Of a DNA stretch of 64,000 bases, positions 30,001 to 44,365 are shown piece by piece (within the stretch, counting starts at the first letter, position 1; each line of letters opens with the position of its first letter). Location of the stretch: contig OZ024753.1 of the NCBI GenBank assembly GCA_964016885.1, positions 20,522,001 to 20,586,000 of the forward strand, given 5' to 3'. The translations under genes were made by a program, and so were the position numbers. Under the pieces are notes generated by a model. It made no database searches, was not told the DNA's origin, and saw only the letters and a program-made list of their open reading frames with translations. The DNA comes from Eledone cirrhosa (Eukaryota).

Positions 30001-32850
30001 TGTTGGGAAGGATCTGTGTGTGTTGTGATACAGTGTAGTGTCTGGGGAGTTGGGAAGGATCTGAGTGTTGCGATACAGTGTAGTGTCTGGAGAGTTGGGA
30101 AGGGTCTGTGTGCGTTGTGATACAGTGTAGTGTCTGGGGAGTTGGGAAGGATCTGAGTGTTGCGATACAGTGTAGTGTCTGGAGAGTTGGGAAGGGTCTG
30201 TGTGCGTTGTGATACAGTGTATTGTCTGGGGAGTTGGGAAGGGTCTGTGTGTGTTGTGATAGTGTGTAGTGTCTGGGAAGTTGGGAACAAACTGTCTGTG
30301 TTGTGATACCGTGTAGTGTCTGGGGATTTGACAGGATATGTGTTTGTTGTGATACAGTGTAGTTTCTGGGGAGTTGGGAACGAACTGTCTGTGTTGTGAT
30401 ACTGTGTAGTGTCTGGTGTGTTGGGAAGGATATGTGTGTGCTGTGATACATTGTAGAGCCTGGGGATTTGGGAAGGATCTGTGTGTTGGGATAAAGTGTA
30501 GTGTCTGGGGATTTGGGAAAATATATGTGTGTTGTTATACAGTGTAATGTCTGGGGAGTTGAGAAGCTTCTGTGTGTGGTGTGATACAGTATAGTGTCTG
30601 GGTAGTTGGTAAGTATCTGTGTGTGTTGTGATACGATGTAGTGTCTGGGAAGTTGGGAATGATATGTGTGTGCTGTGATACAGTGTAGTGTCTGGGGAGT
30701 TGGGAAGGATCTGTGTGTGTTGTGATACATTTTATTGTCTGGGGAGTTGGTAAGGATCTGTGTGGTGTAATACAGTGTAGAGTCTGGGGAGTTGGGAAGG
30801 ATCTGTGTGCGTTGTGATACAGTGTAGTGTCTGGGGAGTTGGGAAGGATCTGTGTATGGTGTGATACAGTGTAGTGTCTGGGGAGTTGGGAAGGATCTGT
30901 GTTTTGTGATACACTGTAGTGTCATGGGAGTTTGGAAGGGTCTGTGTGTGTTGTGATAGTGTGTAGTATCTAGGCAGTTGGGAAGGATCTGTGTGTGTTG
31001 TGATACAGTGTAGTGTCTGGGGAGTATGGAAGGATCTATGTCAGTTATGATACAGTGTAGTGTCTGGGGTGTAGGGAATGACCTGTGTGTGTTGTGGCAC
31101 CGTATGTCTGGGTAGTTGCGAAGGGTCTGTGTGTTGTGATACAGTGTAGAGTCTGGGGAGTTGTGAAAGTTCTGTGTCTGTTGTGATACAGTGTAGTGTC
31201 TGGGAAGTTGGGAATGATCTGTGTGTTTTGATACAGTGTAGTGTCTGGGGAGTTGGGAAGGATCTGTGTGTTGGGATAAAGTGGAGTGTCTGGGGAGTTG
31301 GGAAGGATCTGTGTGTGTTGTGATACAGTGTAGTGTCTGGGGAGTTGGGAAAATATATGTGTGTTGTTATACAGTGTAATGTCTGGGGAGTTGGGAAGGG
31401 TCTGTGTGTGGTGTGATACAGTGTAGTGTCTGGGTAGTTGGGAAGGATCTGTGTGTATTGAGATACAGTGTAGTGTCTGGGGATTTGGGAAGGATCTGTG
31501 TGTTGTGATACAGTATAGTGTCTGGGAAGTTGGGAAGGATATGTGTGTGTTGTGATACAGTGTATTTTCTGGAGAGTTGGGAAGGATATGTGTGTGTTGT
31601 GAAACAGTGTATTGTCTGGGGAGTTGGGAAGGATCTGTGTGTGTTGTGATACAGTGTAGTGTCTCTGGGAGTTGGGAAGGATCTGTGTGTGTTGTGATAC
31701 ATTTTATTGTCTGGGGAGTTGGTAAGGATCTGTGTGGTGTGATACAGTGTATTGTCTGGGGAGTTGGGAAGGGTCTGTGTGCGTTGTGAGACAGTGTAGT
31801 CTCTTGGGAGTTGGGAAGGATCTGAGTGTTGCGATACAGTGTAGTGTCTGGGGAGTTGGGAAGGGTCTGTGTGCGTTGTGATACAGTATAGTGTCTGGGG
31901 TGTTGGGAAGGGTCTGTGTGTGTTGTGATAGTGTGTAGTGTCTGGGAAGTTGGGAACGAACTGTCTGTGTTGTGATACAGTGTAGTGTCTGGGGTGTTGG
32001 TAAGGATCTGTGTGTTGTTATACAGTGGAATGTCTGGGGAGTTGGGAAGGATCTGTGTGTGTTGTGATACAGTGTATTGTCTGGGGAGTTGGTAAGGATC
32101 TGTGTGTTGTTATACAGTGGAGTGTCTGGGGAGTTGGGAATGATCTGTGTGTGTTGTGATACAGTGTGTTGTCTGGGGTGTTGGTAAGGATCTGTGTGTT
32201 GTTATACAGTGGAGTGTCTGGGGAGTTGGGAAGGATCTGTGTATGGTGTGATACAGTGTAGTGTCTGGGGAGTTGGGAAGGGTCTGTGTGTTGTGATACA
32301 GTGTAGTGTCTGGGGAGTTGGGAAGGATCTGTGTGTATTGAGATACAGTGTAGTGTCTGGGGAGTTGGGAAGGATCTGTGTGTGTTGTGATACAGTGTAG
32401 TGTCTGGGGAGTTGGGAAGGATCTGTGTGTGTTGTGATACAGTGTAGTGTCTGGGGAGTTGGGAAGGATCTGTGTGTGTTGTGATACAGTGTAGTGTCTG
32501 GGGAGTTGGGAAGGATCTGTGTGTTTTGTGATTCAGTGTATTGTCTGGGAGTTTGGAAGGATATGTGTTTGTTGTGATACAGTGTATTGTCTGGGGAGTT
32601 GGTAAGGCTCTGTGTGTGTTGTGATACAGAGTAGTGTCTGGGGAGTTGGGATGGAAGGATCTGTGTGTGTTGTTATACAGTATAGTGTCTGGGCAGTTGG
32701 GAAGGATCTGTGTGTGTTGTGATACAGTTTATTGTCTGGGGAATTGGGAATGATCTGTTTGTTGTGATACAGTGTAGCGTCTGGGGTGTTGGGAAGTAAG
32801 CGTCTGTGTTGTGATATTGTGCCGTGTCTGGGGAGTTGGGAAGAAAGGAT
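1..32850. repeat. 47-bp tandem satellite array (consensus gtgtgtgttgtgatacagtgtagtgtctggggagttgggaaggatct), continuing beyond the left edge of the window
   Basis: Monomer visibly repeated head-to-tail for ~32.8 kb with occasional 45-48 bp variants; abrupt end near 32845-32850. Confidence 0.99.
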
Positions 32851-33379
32851 TTAAACTAAACTGAACTAAGAACTGTTGCAGGCAAATTGATAAACATCGT
32901 TTAGTTTTATAAACTATATAGAAACAAAGATTTCACCAAATAATGATTATTGAAACTGATTAGCTTGTAATTGTAGATAATTGAAAGGGAGGAAAAGATA
33001 ATTGAAAAGAATATTTATCGTTGTCAATTAATGCAATTACAATCATTTTGAAATAAAAAAATCATTACACTCAGATATTGTATCTGACGTAAACATTTTT
33101 AATCACGCGATAAATTTTATTTGACGTAAGAATTGAGGAAATTATTTTGTGTCTAAATCAACCATTTTATAATTACGTTTAGCGAATAATGATAATTAAA
33201 TATCTAACATTTCGAGAATGCATGGTGTCCGGCTGAATGATTGAGGTGACATTTAGGTAGTTAAACAGTCAAAGGTGCTTAACGTGGCAGAATATTTTAG
33301 TAGAAATTGTCAAAGAAGAAAAGAAAAACATATAGTTATACAATTTCAGCACTAGTATATTCCTAGGATTGTAGAGGCA

Positions 33380-33837
33380 GATATATATATATAGATATAT
33401 ATATATATAATCGTATTTATATATATACATATTTATATATATGCATACATACATATATATAATTGTATTAATATATATATATACATACATATAATTGTAT
33501 ACATATAATTGTATATATATATAATATATATATATATACACATACATACATACATATAATTGTATTAATATATATATACATAGATAGATATATACATACA
33601 TAGACATATATAATTGTATTAATATATATATATATATATACATATATATAATTGTATTAATATATATATATACATACTTATAATTGTATTAATATATATA
33701 TGCATATAATTGTATTAATATATATACATATATACATACATATAATTGTATATATATATACATACATACATATATATCATTGTATATATATATATATACA
33801 TACATATATATCATTGTATATATATACAAATATATAT

Positions 33838-33900
<63 letters not shown>

Positions 33901-34020
33901 CATACATATATATTATTGTATTAATATATATATATGCATACATACGTATAATTGTATATATATACATACTTGCATATAATTGTATTAATATATATATACA
34001 TACATACATATAATTGTATA
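33380..34020. repeat. AT-rich compound micro/minisatellite ((TA)n with recurring ataattgtatta / atcattgta units)
   Basis: Direct inspection. Confidence 0.9.
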
Positions 34021-34689
34021 TAAGCTTGAAACTAGTAGATAAGCTTGAAACTAGTACAGCGTTCCTTTGTCTGTGTTGAACCAACGAGCAGCGATGGTTG
34101 CTAGACTCTACGGCTTAATGCGGGATGTTTGTTTACAAAGACACCGAGCATTATAACAAATGTTCGGTGAATCCATACGTACATATATATATATGTGTGC
34201 ATGTATGTATATATATATACATACTACTGTACGTCTGTATACATATATGTATGTACGTGTACATACTTATATTTAAGTAACAGCCGTACTAAGAGTAGGA
34301 AATGAAATTTCGTTTCATTTTTTACATTTATCGTTTTCGGTGCACCCGGCCGATTAACCCACTCGATATGCAAATTGTGCTACTCAGCCGTTAATATGCA
34401 TAAGGTAAGTATATACTTTCAGACGTTCAACAATCTGGCGGGAAGGTATACTTTGCTGATGATAGCTAATAAGCTTGAAACTAGTACAGCGTTCCTTTGT
34501 CAGTGTTGAACAAAGGAGCAACGATGGTTGCTAGACACTACGGCTTAATACGGGATGTTTGTTTACAAACACACCGACCATTATAATAAATGTTCAGTGA
34601 ATACATACGTACATATATATATGTGTGCATGTATGTATATATATATACATACTACTGTACGTCTGTATACATATATGTATGTACGTGTA

Positions 34690-34690
<1 letters not shown>
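34021..34690 (+). mobile_element. Retrozyme-like non-coding tandem unit (~430-nt monomer bounded by hammerhead family E), ~1.5 copies
   Basis: 34040-34260 recurs at 34470-34690; aagcttgaaactagta ends at 34056 and 34486 (430 nt apart); full hammerhead at 34449-34493; no coding capacity. Confidence 0.7.
34449..34493 (+). ncRNA. Type I hammerhead ribozyme motif, family E
   Basis: CTGATGA-t-agct-aata-agct-t-GAAA-ctag-TA-cagcgtt; palindromic stem III (actagt); GUA site; stem I imperfect in this copy. Confidence 0.75.
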
Positions 34691-35143
<453 letters not shown>

Positions 35144-35347
35144 GTATTAAGTATACTATTTATGGTTATGCAAATACAAAAACCTGTTGTAGTTATATAT
35201 ATTTTTAAAAACCCTAAATAGTGGTAGGCAGTAATATATTACTACCTTATTACCAGTAAGTTAATTAGCTCAATGTAATAACATCAGATGATTTACAGAG
35301 CAGTTATATGAATAATAAGAATCAAAGAACTGTTCAAAACATTTTTA

Positions 35348-35394
35348 TGCTGACAACTGTTTCCACCAAACCGAGGTTTGGTTTCTTCGGAGCA
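35348..35394 (-). ncRNA. Hammerhead-like motif, family F (CCGAAGA core variant, GUC site)
   Basis: Minus strand: tgct-CCGAAGA-a-accaaacc-tc-ggtttggt-g-GAAA-cagttg-TC-agca. Confidence 0.6.
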
Positions 35395-35852
35395 ATTTAT
35401 TATTGAATGAAAATGTCGCAGTGCATGAAATCCATATCATCGCTTCGCTACGCATTTCCAATATGTTTTATGCTTACATTATTTTTAATGCTTATATTAT
35501 TTCTCCACGCACAGGCTATAACAATCATATAAAGAATTCATTACCAAATCATCCCCCTTAACACTCTTGATCACCTGTTTAAGTGCTTCTATTACACGTA
35601 ACTCTCTGCCACACTATATAAACAAGACGCACGTGCTTGCCACACGTATAACTATTGAACTCTATAACCGCTTAATTTCATGTTGTATTTTAAGCTGTAT
35701 TTTTGATTGTATCTTTTAATATGAATGTAATCTCTAAATGTGTACTGCCACACTAAATGCTGTAATGAATGTTGACCCACAATATTTGCATATGTATCTG
35801 TATGTCTCTTGGGTGAAAAGGAGGTCATATAAGTTTTCATTCAATAATAAAT

Positions 35853-35899
35853 TGCTCCGAAGAATCCAAACCTCGGTTTGGAGGAAACAGTTGTAAGCA
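35853..35899 (+). ncRNA. Hammerhead-like motif, family F (CCGAAGA core variant, GUA site)
   Basis: tgct-CCGAAGA-a-tccaaacc-tc-ggtttgga-g-GAAA-cagttg-TA-agca. Confidence 0.6.
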
Positions 35900-35942
35900 T
35901 AAAAAATGTTTTAAACAGTTCTTCGATTCTTATTATTCATAT

Positions 35943-36667
<725 letters not shown>

Positions 36668-36706
36668 ATATATAAGAACAATTGATGGTTAAAAGAGTTC
36701 CATGTA

Positions 36707-36773
36707 TTTTATTATGCGCATTTCAAAAACAAATATCATCATGCAATAATATTTGTGTTTTCATCAGATAAAA
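36707..36773 (-). ncRNA. Type I hammerhead ribozyme, family A
   Basis: Minus strand: ttttat-CTGATGA-long stem II (aaacacaaatattattgcatgatgatatttgttttt)-GAAA-tgcgca-TA-ataaaa. Confidence 0.85.
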
Positions 36774-37785
36774 CAGGAAGACATGATATGAAGGTTAAAA
36801 AACACTTGTGGATAGTTCCGTTTTAAATCAACATATGAGAAGTAGTTTTAGATTGATGTGTGATATTGGGAAAAAATATTTTATTTAGAGGGGGGTGGAA
36901 AGGATGAAAAAAAGGAGATGAGAGTGAAGGTGGAGAGGGAGGAGTATAATGAGGAAGGATGAGATAGGAGGAGAGATGGGTGATAGAGAGAGAGAGATAG
37001 CTTTTATAACTGAGAAAGATATATTGTTTTACATAGAGAGGTTGAAAACCGTTGGAAGATAATGTATGAATTAAAAGAATTTGAAAATTAACGAAGAGAA
37101 AAATAATGTAAAGTTAAGGTTTGTATATTGAGGGGTTTGATATGTGCGAAGAAAAAGAAAGAGTTAATATGTATTGAGAATAATGAGTTAGATGATAGGG
37201 AGAAAAGAATAATGAATTGAGGATGAATAATCTAACGTAAAAAAAAATGTATATGTTTACGAAGGATTTTTACAAGGTGATATAGAGTAAGAATGTGTTG
37301 TATTATGTAATAATTGATTCTATGTCAGGCAAGAGTGAGAAAAGGTACAGATTAGGGGTTAGATATTAGAAGAGAAGAAAAGGAAGTGATAAATATGGGT
37401 GATGTAGAAAGAGTAAACAAGTATTATAGAATTTGAAAATTAACGAAGAGAAAAATAATGTAAAGTTAAGGTTTGTATATTAAGGGTTTGATAATATGTG
37501 CGAAGAAAAAGAAAATGTTAATATGTATTGAGAATAATGAGTTAGATGAAAGGGAGGAAAGAATAATGAATTGAGGATGAATAATCTAACGTCAAAAAAA
37601 ATGTATTTGTTTACGAAGGATTTTTACAAGGTGATATAGAGTAAGAGTAATGAGTAAACAAGTATTATAGAATGTATAATAACCTTTGAAATAAGGTAGA
37701 AAGATGGGTATATTTTTAAAAGAAGTGTATATATATATATATGTGCCTTTGAGAAAAAGATTCTAAATTGATAAAGAATTGAATA

Positions 37786-38796
37786 TTAGCTGTATACTTT
37801 GTGAAATGTTTTATGGAATTTATGCAAGCAGATAGAAAACAAGTCAGTGCGTCTATTTATTATAGAATCTAGATTAGAGATAATGGTAAATTTCTCATTT
37901 AGACAGAGATTGCAGATTTTAGATAGAGAACTGTTCAAGTATGGAGACGCAGAAGAAACCTTCTTCCAAAAGATGCTATATTTAATGTTTTTGTCTTTCA
38001 AGGGCCATATGAGTTCTGAGAGAGCCGTATTGGTTCTTTTAAGTTTGTATTTAAAAGACGAATGATGGTTATAAAGACGAGCTTTAAAAGAGGTGGAAGT
38101 GGAGCCAAAATAGGTGAAGGAATTGGTGTCAGTTATAACTTTACATTCGTAAATTAGGTTTTTATCAAGACAATGGTTGTTGAGAGGACATTTATTTTTA
38201 ATAGGGCAATTGCAATTGCAATTAGAGAGATTATTAAGTGACCTAGTGTTATCTATAGAAGGAATTGGATTGGAGAAGTTGTTTGCGATAGGAATAATAG
38301 TTTCTTGATTTAGAATGGGATTATGAATATTTAGCGAAGTTGTGTTTGACGTTGTATTTGGGTTTGTAGAAATTAGCCTAGGGTTTACAATGACGTCGGG
38401 AGTACTATTATTATGAAATTCAGTGTTGGAAGGAAGAGATTTAGTATTTAGTATTTTATTGTTGTGTTTAGAGATAATGTTGGAAATGTTTGAGGACGTA
38501 GAATAAGAAAATGTTATGGTGTGTTTGTTAAATATTTTACTATAGATATGTGAGGGAGGGAAGCATTTATTTAAGGTACTAAAGAATAATTTAGGAATAT
38601 TGTTATTAATAGAGATGGAGAAAGGAGCATTATACCAGATTATGTTTTTGTATCTAGGTCTTTTATTAAAGTTATTGGAATGATCATGATTAATTATTCT
38701 ACTGTAAGATCTTCTAGAATTTGTTTCTTTACTATATTTGATTTTATCAGGATAGCCGGCTTTAGAAAGCGCGTTATTATAGTAATTGGCGTGAGC
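37786..38796 (-). pseudogene. C-terminal fragment of PLE ORF (RT thumb/linker plus GIY-YIG endonuclease)
   Basis: [51 protein letters not shown]; the N-terminal IYIY stretch of the ORF track is microsatellite. Confidence 0.9.
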
Positions 38797-38799
38797 CAA

Positions 38800-38830
<31 letters not shown>

Positions 38831-38884
38831 ATATATATATACACATATATATATATATGTATATATGTATATATATATATATAC

Positions 38885-38964
<80 letters not shown>

Positions 38965-39172
38965 GTATATATGTATATATATATATATATATACATATAT
39001 AGATATATATGTATATATGTATAATTATATACATATATAGATATATATATATATGTATATATATATATACATATATATATATATGTATATATATATATAC
39101 ATATATAGATATATATATGTATATATATATATACATATATAGATATATATATATATATGTATATATATATAT
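38797..39172. repeat. Imperfect (TA)n microsatellite
   Basis: Direct inspection. Confidence 0.95.
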
Positions 39173-39298
39173 GTAGGAGGTGAGTTTTATTGTAGTACAA
39201 TAAAGCAATGCAGATATCGGATAAGAAGCACTCTACAGTTTGTAGGACTGGAGTATGCATAATATAAGATCAAAAGATGGTTAAAGGAGTTCCATGTA

Positions 39299-39365
39299 TT
39301 TTATTATGCGCATTTCAAAAACAAACATCATCATGCAATAATATTTGTGTTTTCATCAGATAAAA
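39299..39365 (-). ncRNA. Type I hammerhead ribozyme, family A (inverted arm)
   Basis: Reverse complement of 42486-42552. Confidence 0.85.
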
Positions 39366-40132
39366 CAGGAGAACATGATATGAAGGCTAAAAAACACTTG
39401 TGGATAGTGCAGTTTTAAATCTACATATGAAAAGTGGTTTTAGATTGATGTGTGATATTGGGAAAAATATTTTATTTAGAGAGGGGGGGGTGGAAAGGAT
39501 GAAAAAGGGGGAGGAGATGAGAGGGAGAGATGGGTGATAGAGAGAAAGAGATAGCTTTTATAACTGAGAGGAGATATACTGTCCCACACAGAGAGGTTGA
39601 AAACCGTTGGAAGATAATGTATAAACCCCCAAAAAATTTTTGAAAATCAACGAAAGGAGGATATGTGCGAGGAAAAAGTATTTTATTTAAGGAGGGGGGC
39701 TGGAAAGGATGAAAAAAAGGGGGAGGAGATGAGAGTGAAGGTGGAGAGGGAGAGATGGGCGATAGAGAGAAAGAGATAGTTTTTATAACTGAGAGAAAGA
39801 TACATTGCCTTACACAGAGAGGTTGAGAAACCGTTGGAAGATAATGTATAAATTAAAGGTATTTGAAAATTAACGAAGGGAATTTATGTATGAAGATAGA
39901 GAGAAGAAATAATAATTGTGGATGAATATTCTAACGTCAAAAAAAGGGTATGTTGTGGCAATTTCAAAATTAACGAAGAGAAAAATTATTAAGGTTTGTG
40001 TAGAAGGATTTGAGAAAAATAATGTGAAGTTAAAGTTTGTATATTGGAGGAATTGATAATATATGCGAATAGAGTTGATATGTATTAAGAATGAGTTCGT
40101 TGATGGGGAGAAAAAAAATATATATATATATA

Positions 40133-41425
40133 GTTAACCTTAATATTATTAAGAACAATATACGTAATCTCTTTAACCAACATAACCTAAAAATTGATTT
40201 TGATAATAGTATCAAACTAGCTAATTTCTTGGATGTATCTCTTAATCTTGACACTGGCCTATATTACCCTTACCATAAAAACAATGAGAACCTTAATTAT
40301 GTTAACTTTAAATCTAACCATCCTACCAATATCAAGAATGCTATAGTTAATAATATTGGAAATAGAATATCTAACATATCTTCTAATAAAAACATCTTTG
40401 ATGCTAACGCCAATTACTATAATAACGCACTTTCTAAAGCCGGCTATCCAGATAAAATCAAATATAGTAAAGAAACAAATTCTAGAAAAACTTACAGTAG
40501 AATAATTAATCATGATCATTCCAATAATTTTAATAAAAGACCTAGATACAAAAACATAATCTGGTATAATGCTCCTTTCTCCATCTCTATTAATAACAAT
40601 ATTCCTAAATTATTTTTTAGTGCCTTAAATAAATGCTTCCCTCCCTCACATATCTATAGTAAAATATTTAACAAACACACCATCAAATTTTCGTATTCTA
40701 CATCCTCCAATAGTTCCAACATCATCTCTAAACACAACAATAAAATACTAAATACTAAATCTCTTCCTTCCAATATTGAATTTCATAATAACAGTAATAG
40801 TACTCCCGACGTCATTGTAAACCCTAGGCTAACTTCTGTAAACCCAAATACAACGTCAAACACAACTTCGCTAAATGTTCATAATCCAACTCTAAATCAA
40901 GAAACTATTATTCCTATTATTCCTATCGCAAACAACTTCTCCAATCCAATTCCTTCTATAGATAACACTAGATCACTCATTAATAATCTCTCTAATTGCA
41001 ACTGCCGCATTAAAAATAAATGTCCTCTCAACAACCATTGTCTCGATAAAAACTTAATTTATGAATGTAAAATTATAACTAGCACCAATTCCTTCACCTA
41101 TTTTGGCTCCACTTCCACCTCTTTTAAAGCTCGTCTCTATAATCATCATTCATCTTTCAAATACAAACTTAAAAGAACTAACACTGCTCTCTCAGAACTC
41201 ATATGGTCCTTAAAAGACAAAAACATTAAATATACCATCTTTTGGAAGAAGATTTCTTCTGCATCCTCATACTTGAACAGCTCTCTATCTAAAATCTGTA
41301 ATCTCTGCCTAAATGAAAAATTTACCATTATCTCTAACCTAGATTCTATAATAAATAGACGCACAGATTTGTTTTCTATCTGCCTGCATAAATTCCATAG
41401 AACTTTTCACAAAGTATACAGTTAA
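40133..41425 (+). pseudogene. 5'-truncated, otherwise open PLE ORF (RT C-terminus, thumb, GIY-YIG endonuclease)
   Basis: [60 protein letters not shown]; RT catalytic motif missing because of truncation. Confidence 0.9.
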
Positions 41426-42485
41426 TATTCAATTCTTTATCAATTTAGAATCTTTTCTCAAAGGCACATATACATACACCTCTTAAAAATATACCCGTCT
41501 TCCTACCATACTTTAAAGGGCTTTATACATTCTATAATACTTGTTTACTCATTACCCTCACTCTATCTTCACCTTGTAAAATCATTCATAACATATACAT
41601 GTTTTTTTTTGTTTTTTTTTTTGACGTTAGAATATTTATCCGCAATCATTATTTTTTTCTCTCACTCATAAATCTTTTTAATCTCAATTTCATCCTTAAT
41701 TTATTTTTTTTTATTTTTATTTATTTTTTTTTTTTTTCTCCTCATCAACGAACTCATTCTTAATACATATTAACTCTATTCGCATATATTATCAATTCCT
41801 CCAATATACAAACTTTAACTTCACATTATTTTTCTCAAATCCTTCTACACACAAACCTTAATAATTGTTCTCTTCGTTAATTTTGAAATTGCCACAACAT
41901 ACCCTTTTTTTGACGTTAGAATATTCATCCACAATTATTATTTCTTCTCTCTATCTTCATACATAAATTCCCTTCGTTAATTTTCAAATACCTTTAATTT
42001 ATACATTATCTTCCAACGGTTTCTCAACCTCTCTGTGTAAGGCAATGTATCTTTCTCTCAGTTATAAAAACTATCTCTTTTTCTCTATCGCCCATCTCTC
42101 CCTCTCCACCTTCACTCTCATCTCCTCCCCCTTTTTTTCATCCTTTCCAGCCCCCCTCCTTAAATAAAATACTTTTTCCTCGCACATATCCTCCTTTCGT
42201 TGATTTTCAAAAATTTTTTTGGGGTTTATACATTATCTTCCAACGGTTTTCAACCTCTCTGTGTGGGACAGTATATCTCCTCTCAGTTATAAAAGCTATC
42301 TCTTTCTCTCTATCACCCATCTCTCCCTCTCATCTCCTCCCCCTTTTTCATCCTTTCCACCCCCCCCCTCTCTAAATAAAATATTTTTCCCAATATCACA
42401 CATCAATCTAAAACCACTTTTCATATGTAGATTTAAAACTGCACTATCCACAAGTGTTTTTTAGCCTTCATATCATGTTCTCCTG

Positions 42486-42552
42486 TTTTATCTGATGAAA
42501 ACACAAATATTATTGCATGATGATGTTTGTTTTTGAAATGCGCATAATAAAA
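42486..42552 (+). ncRNA. Type I hammerhead ribozyme, family A
   Basis: ttttat-CTGATGA(42492)-stem II-GAAA(42535)-tgcgca-TA-ataaaa; palindromic stem III typical of dimer-forming PLE hammerheads. Confidence 0.85.
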
Positions 42553-42712
42553 TACATGGAACTCCTTTAACCATCTTTTGATCTTATATTATGTATATAT
42601 ATATATATGTATGAATGAAGTAATTCCGTCGGAAAAGTCCAGGAAAAAAGAGTGCTCTATGTAAGCAACAGAGCTTAATTATTATTATGTAATAAACAAC
42701 ATCAGGCAATTA

Positions 42713-42772
42713 TTCCATTTACCAGTGGTTTCTTAAAAGCAAAAGGTTTTGCTTTCAATCCTCAGAATGAAA
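42713..42772 (-). ncRNA. Type I hammerhead ribozyme, family D (inverted arm)
   Basis: Reverse complement of 44366-44425. Confidence 0.8.
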
Positions 42773-42904
42773 AAATCCTGGTTTGTTTATTGAATTTGGA
42801 TCTTAAAAACAAAAAAGCAAGCTATATGAAAGTGAGGCTGGAGAAGGGAGAAGGAAAGGAAAAATAAAAATAAAATAAGACTACCCATACAACCACACAT
42901 ACAC

Positions 42905-42947
<43 letters not shown>

Positions 42948-43378
42948 ATTCTGGGTTGAATCGGAGGCAGCCACACGTTTGTATTTATGTATATATATGT
43001 GTGTTTAAGTATGCATATATGTGTGTGTGTGCATATAGTTGTATACACATGTGTGTGTGTATAGATTGTACACTTATGCGTGGTTATGCATGTATGCGTA
43101 TGTATGCGGTTATGTATTTGTATTTAAAATTTTTTTTATGTGTGAGAGTGTGTGAATGCGTTGACTATTTCGTGCGTATGTATATGTGCTTTTGTGTGTG
43201 TTTCTTACCACGCTTGTCTGTCCAGTTTGTTGCCTTATGTAACGGTCTCAATATTTTTATAATATATATATATCTATTTTTTCTTATATTTATTTGCGTG
43301 TGTGAATATGTAGAGGAGTGCATTTATGTATGTGTATGCATGTACGTGTGTATATATGCTTGATTGTGTGAATGTATG

Positions 43379-43429
<51 letters not shown>

Positions 43430-43514
43430 GTGTATATGTATGCGTGTGTATATGTGTGTGTGTATGTATGTGTGTGTATATATGCATGTGTGTGTGTGTA
43501 TGTGTGTGTGTGTA

Positions 43515-43545
<31 letters not shown>

Positions 43546-43564
43546 GCGTGTGTGTGTGTAGATA

Positions 43565-43612
<48 letters not shown>

Positions 43613-43981
43613 AATGTTTGTTCTTAGAGGAACAAAGGCAGACAGATTTCTGTATTCAGATTGGAGCCAATCCTTGTCTTTAGCTTTCTCTTTAGCTTAC
43701 AGGTGTCTGTAAGATCAGTATGGGGTCAGTCATGGTAGATAGTTTTGGAGGAAGGGGAGATTCCTTAAAAGCTAAATTCTTAAAGGTTCTAGTAAATTGA
43801 CGAAGGTTTAGGGAATTCTGTAGACAATTTCTAAGTATAATCTATACAACTGTAGCCATAAATTCACGAGACACTTTCAACAGAACATACCCTGCGCGTA
43901 TGCGCGCATGCACGCACACACATGTGTATGGGGGAAATATATTTATATTTGTATACGCGTGCGTGCGTGCGCGCATACACA

Positions 43982-44026
<45 letters not shown>

Positions 44027-44147
44027 TTGTATACATACACAGATTCTCATCTGTATTATAACCTTCATGCTCTGCGGTGTACTGAGTGCCTTGCTTACTG
44101 TGGCTGCCTCCGATTCAACCCAGAATAACGTGTGTGTGTATGCGCGC

Positions 44148-44231
<84 letters not shown>

Positions 44232-44365
44232 GTGTATGTGTGGTTGTATGGGTAGTCTTATTTTATTTTTATTTTTCCTTTCCTTCTCCCTTCTCCAGCC
44301 TCACTTTCATATAGCTTGCTTTTTTTTGTTTTTAAGATCCAAATTCAATAAACAAACCAGGATTT

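Larger units (their letters stand above)
36665..38796 (-). mobile_element. 5'-truncated Penelope-like element, Naiad-type family A, copy 1
   Basis: ORF fragment with GIY-YIG domain, ~1.1 kb 3' region/pLTR with hammerhead; (TA)n on both sides; close paralogue of 40133-42593. Confidence 0.9.
39173..42593 (+). mobile_element. Penelope-like element, Naiad-type family A, copy 2, with ~860-bp inverted 5' pLTR
   Basis: ~39258-40118 is a near-identical inverted copy of ~41735-42593; ORF fragment between the arms; hammerhead in both arms; (TA)n flanks. Confidence 0.9.

Noticed and set aside
185-31702. Very long minus-strand ORFs (up to 1924 aa) as genes
   Set aside because: All three frames are open and give the same peptide cycle because a 47-bp stop-free unit is repeated; frameshifting length variants are common; no unique domain.
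1-32850. Satellite monomer superficially resembles a hammerhead (CTGGGGA-gttgg-GAAG-gatc-T)
   Set aside because: Invariant core adenines are G, there is no stem II and no sequence that can form stem I.
1-32850. CRISPR array or telomeric repeat
   Set aside because: No unique spacers or cas genes, and no (TTAGGG)n tract.
35268-35301. CTGATGT (minus strand; also 58541-58574) as a hammerhead core
   Set aside because: Lacks A9 and a downstream GAAA; it lies inside a simple hairpin.
39173-40118. Upstream direct pLTR of the minus-strand copy at 36665-38796
   Set aside because: Diagnostic bases (acaaacatca, ggctaa) match 41735-42593 rather than 36665-37300, so it is the inverted arm of the plus-strand copy.
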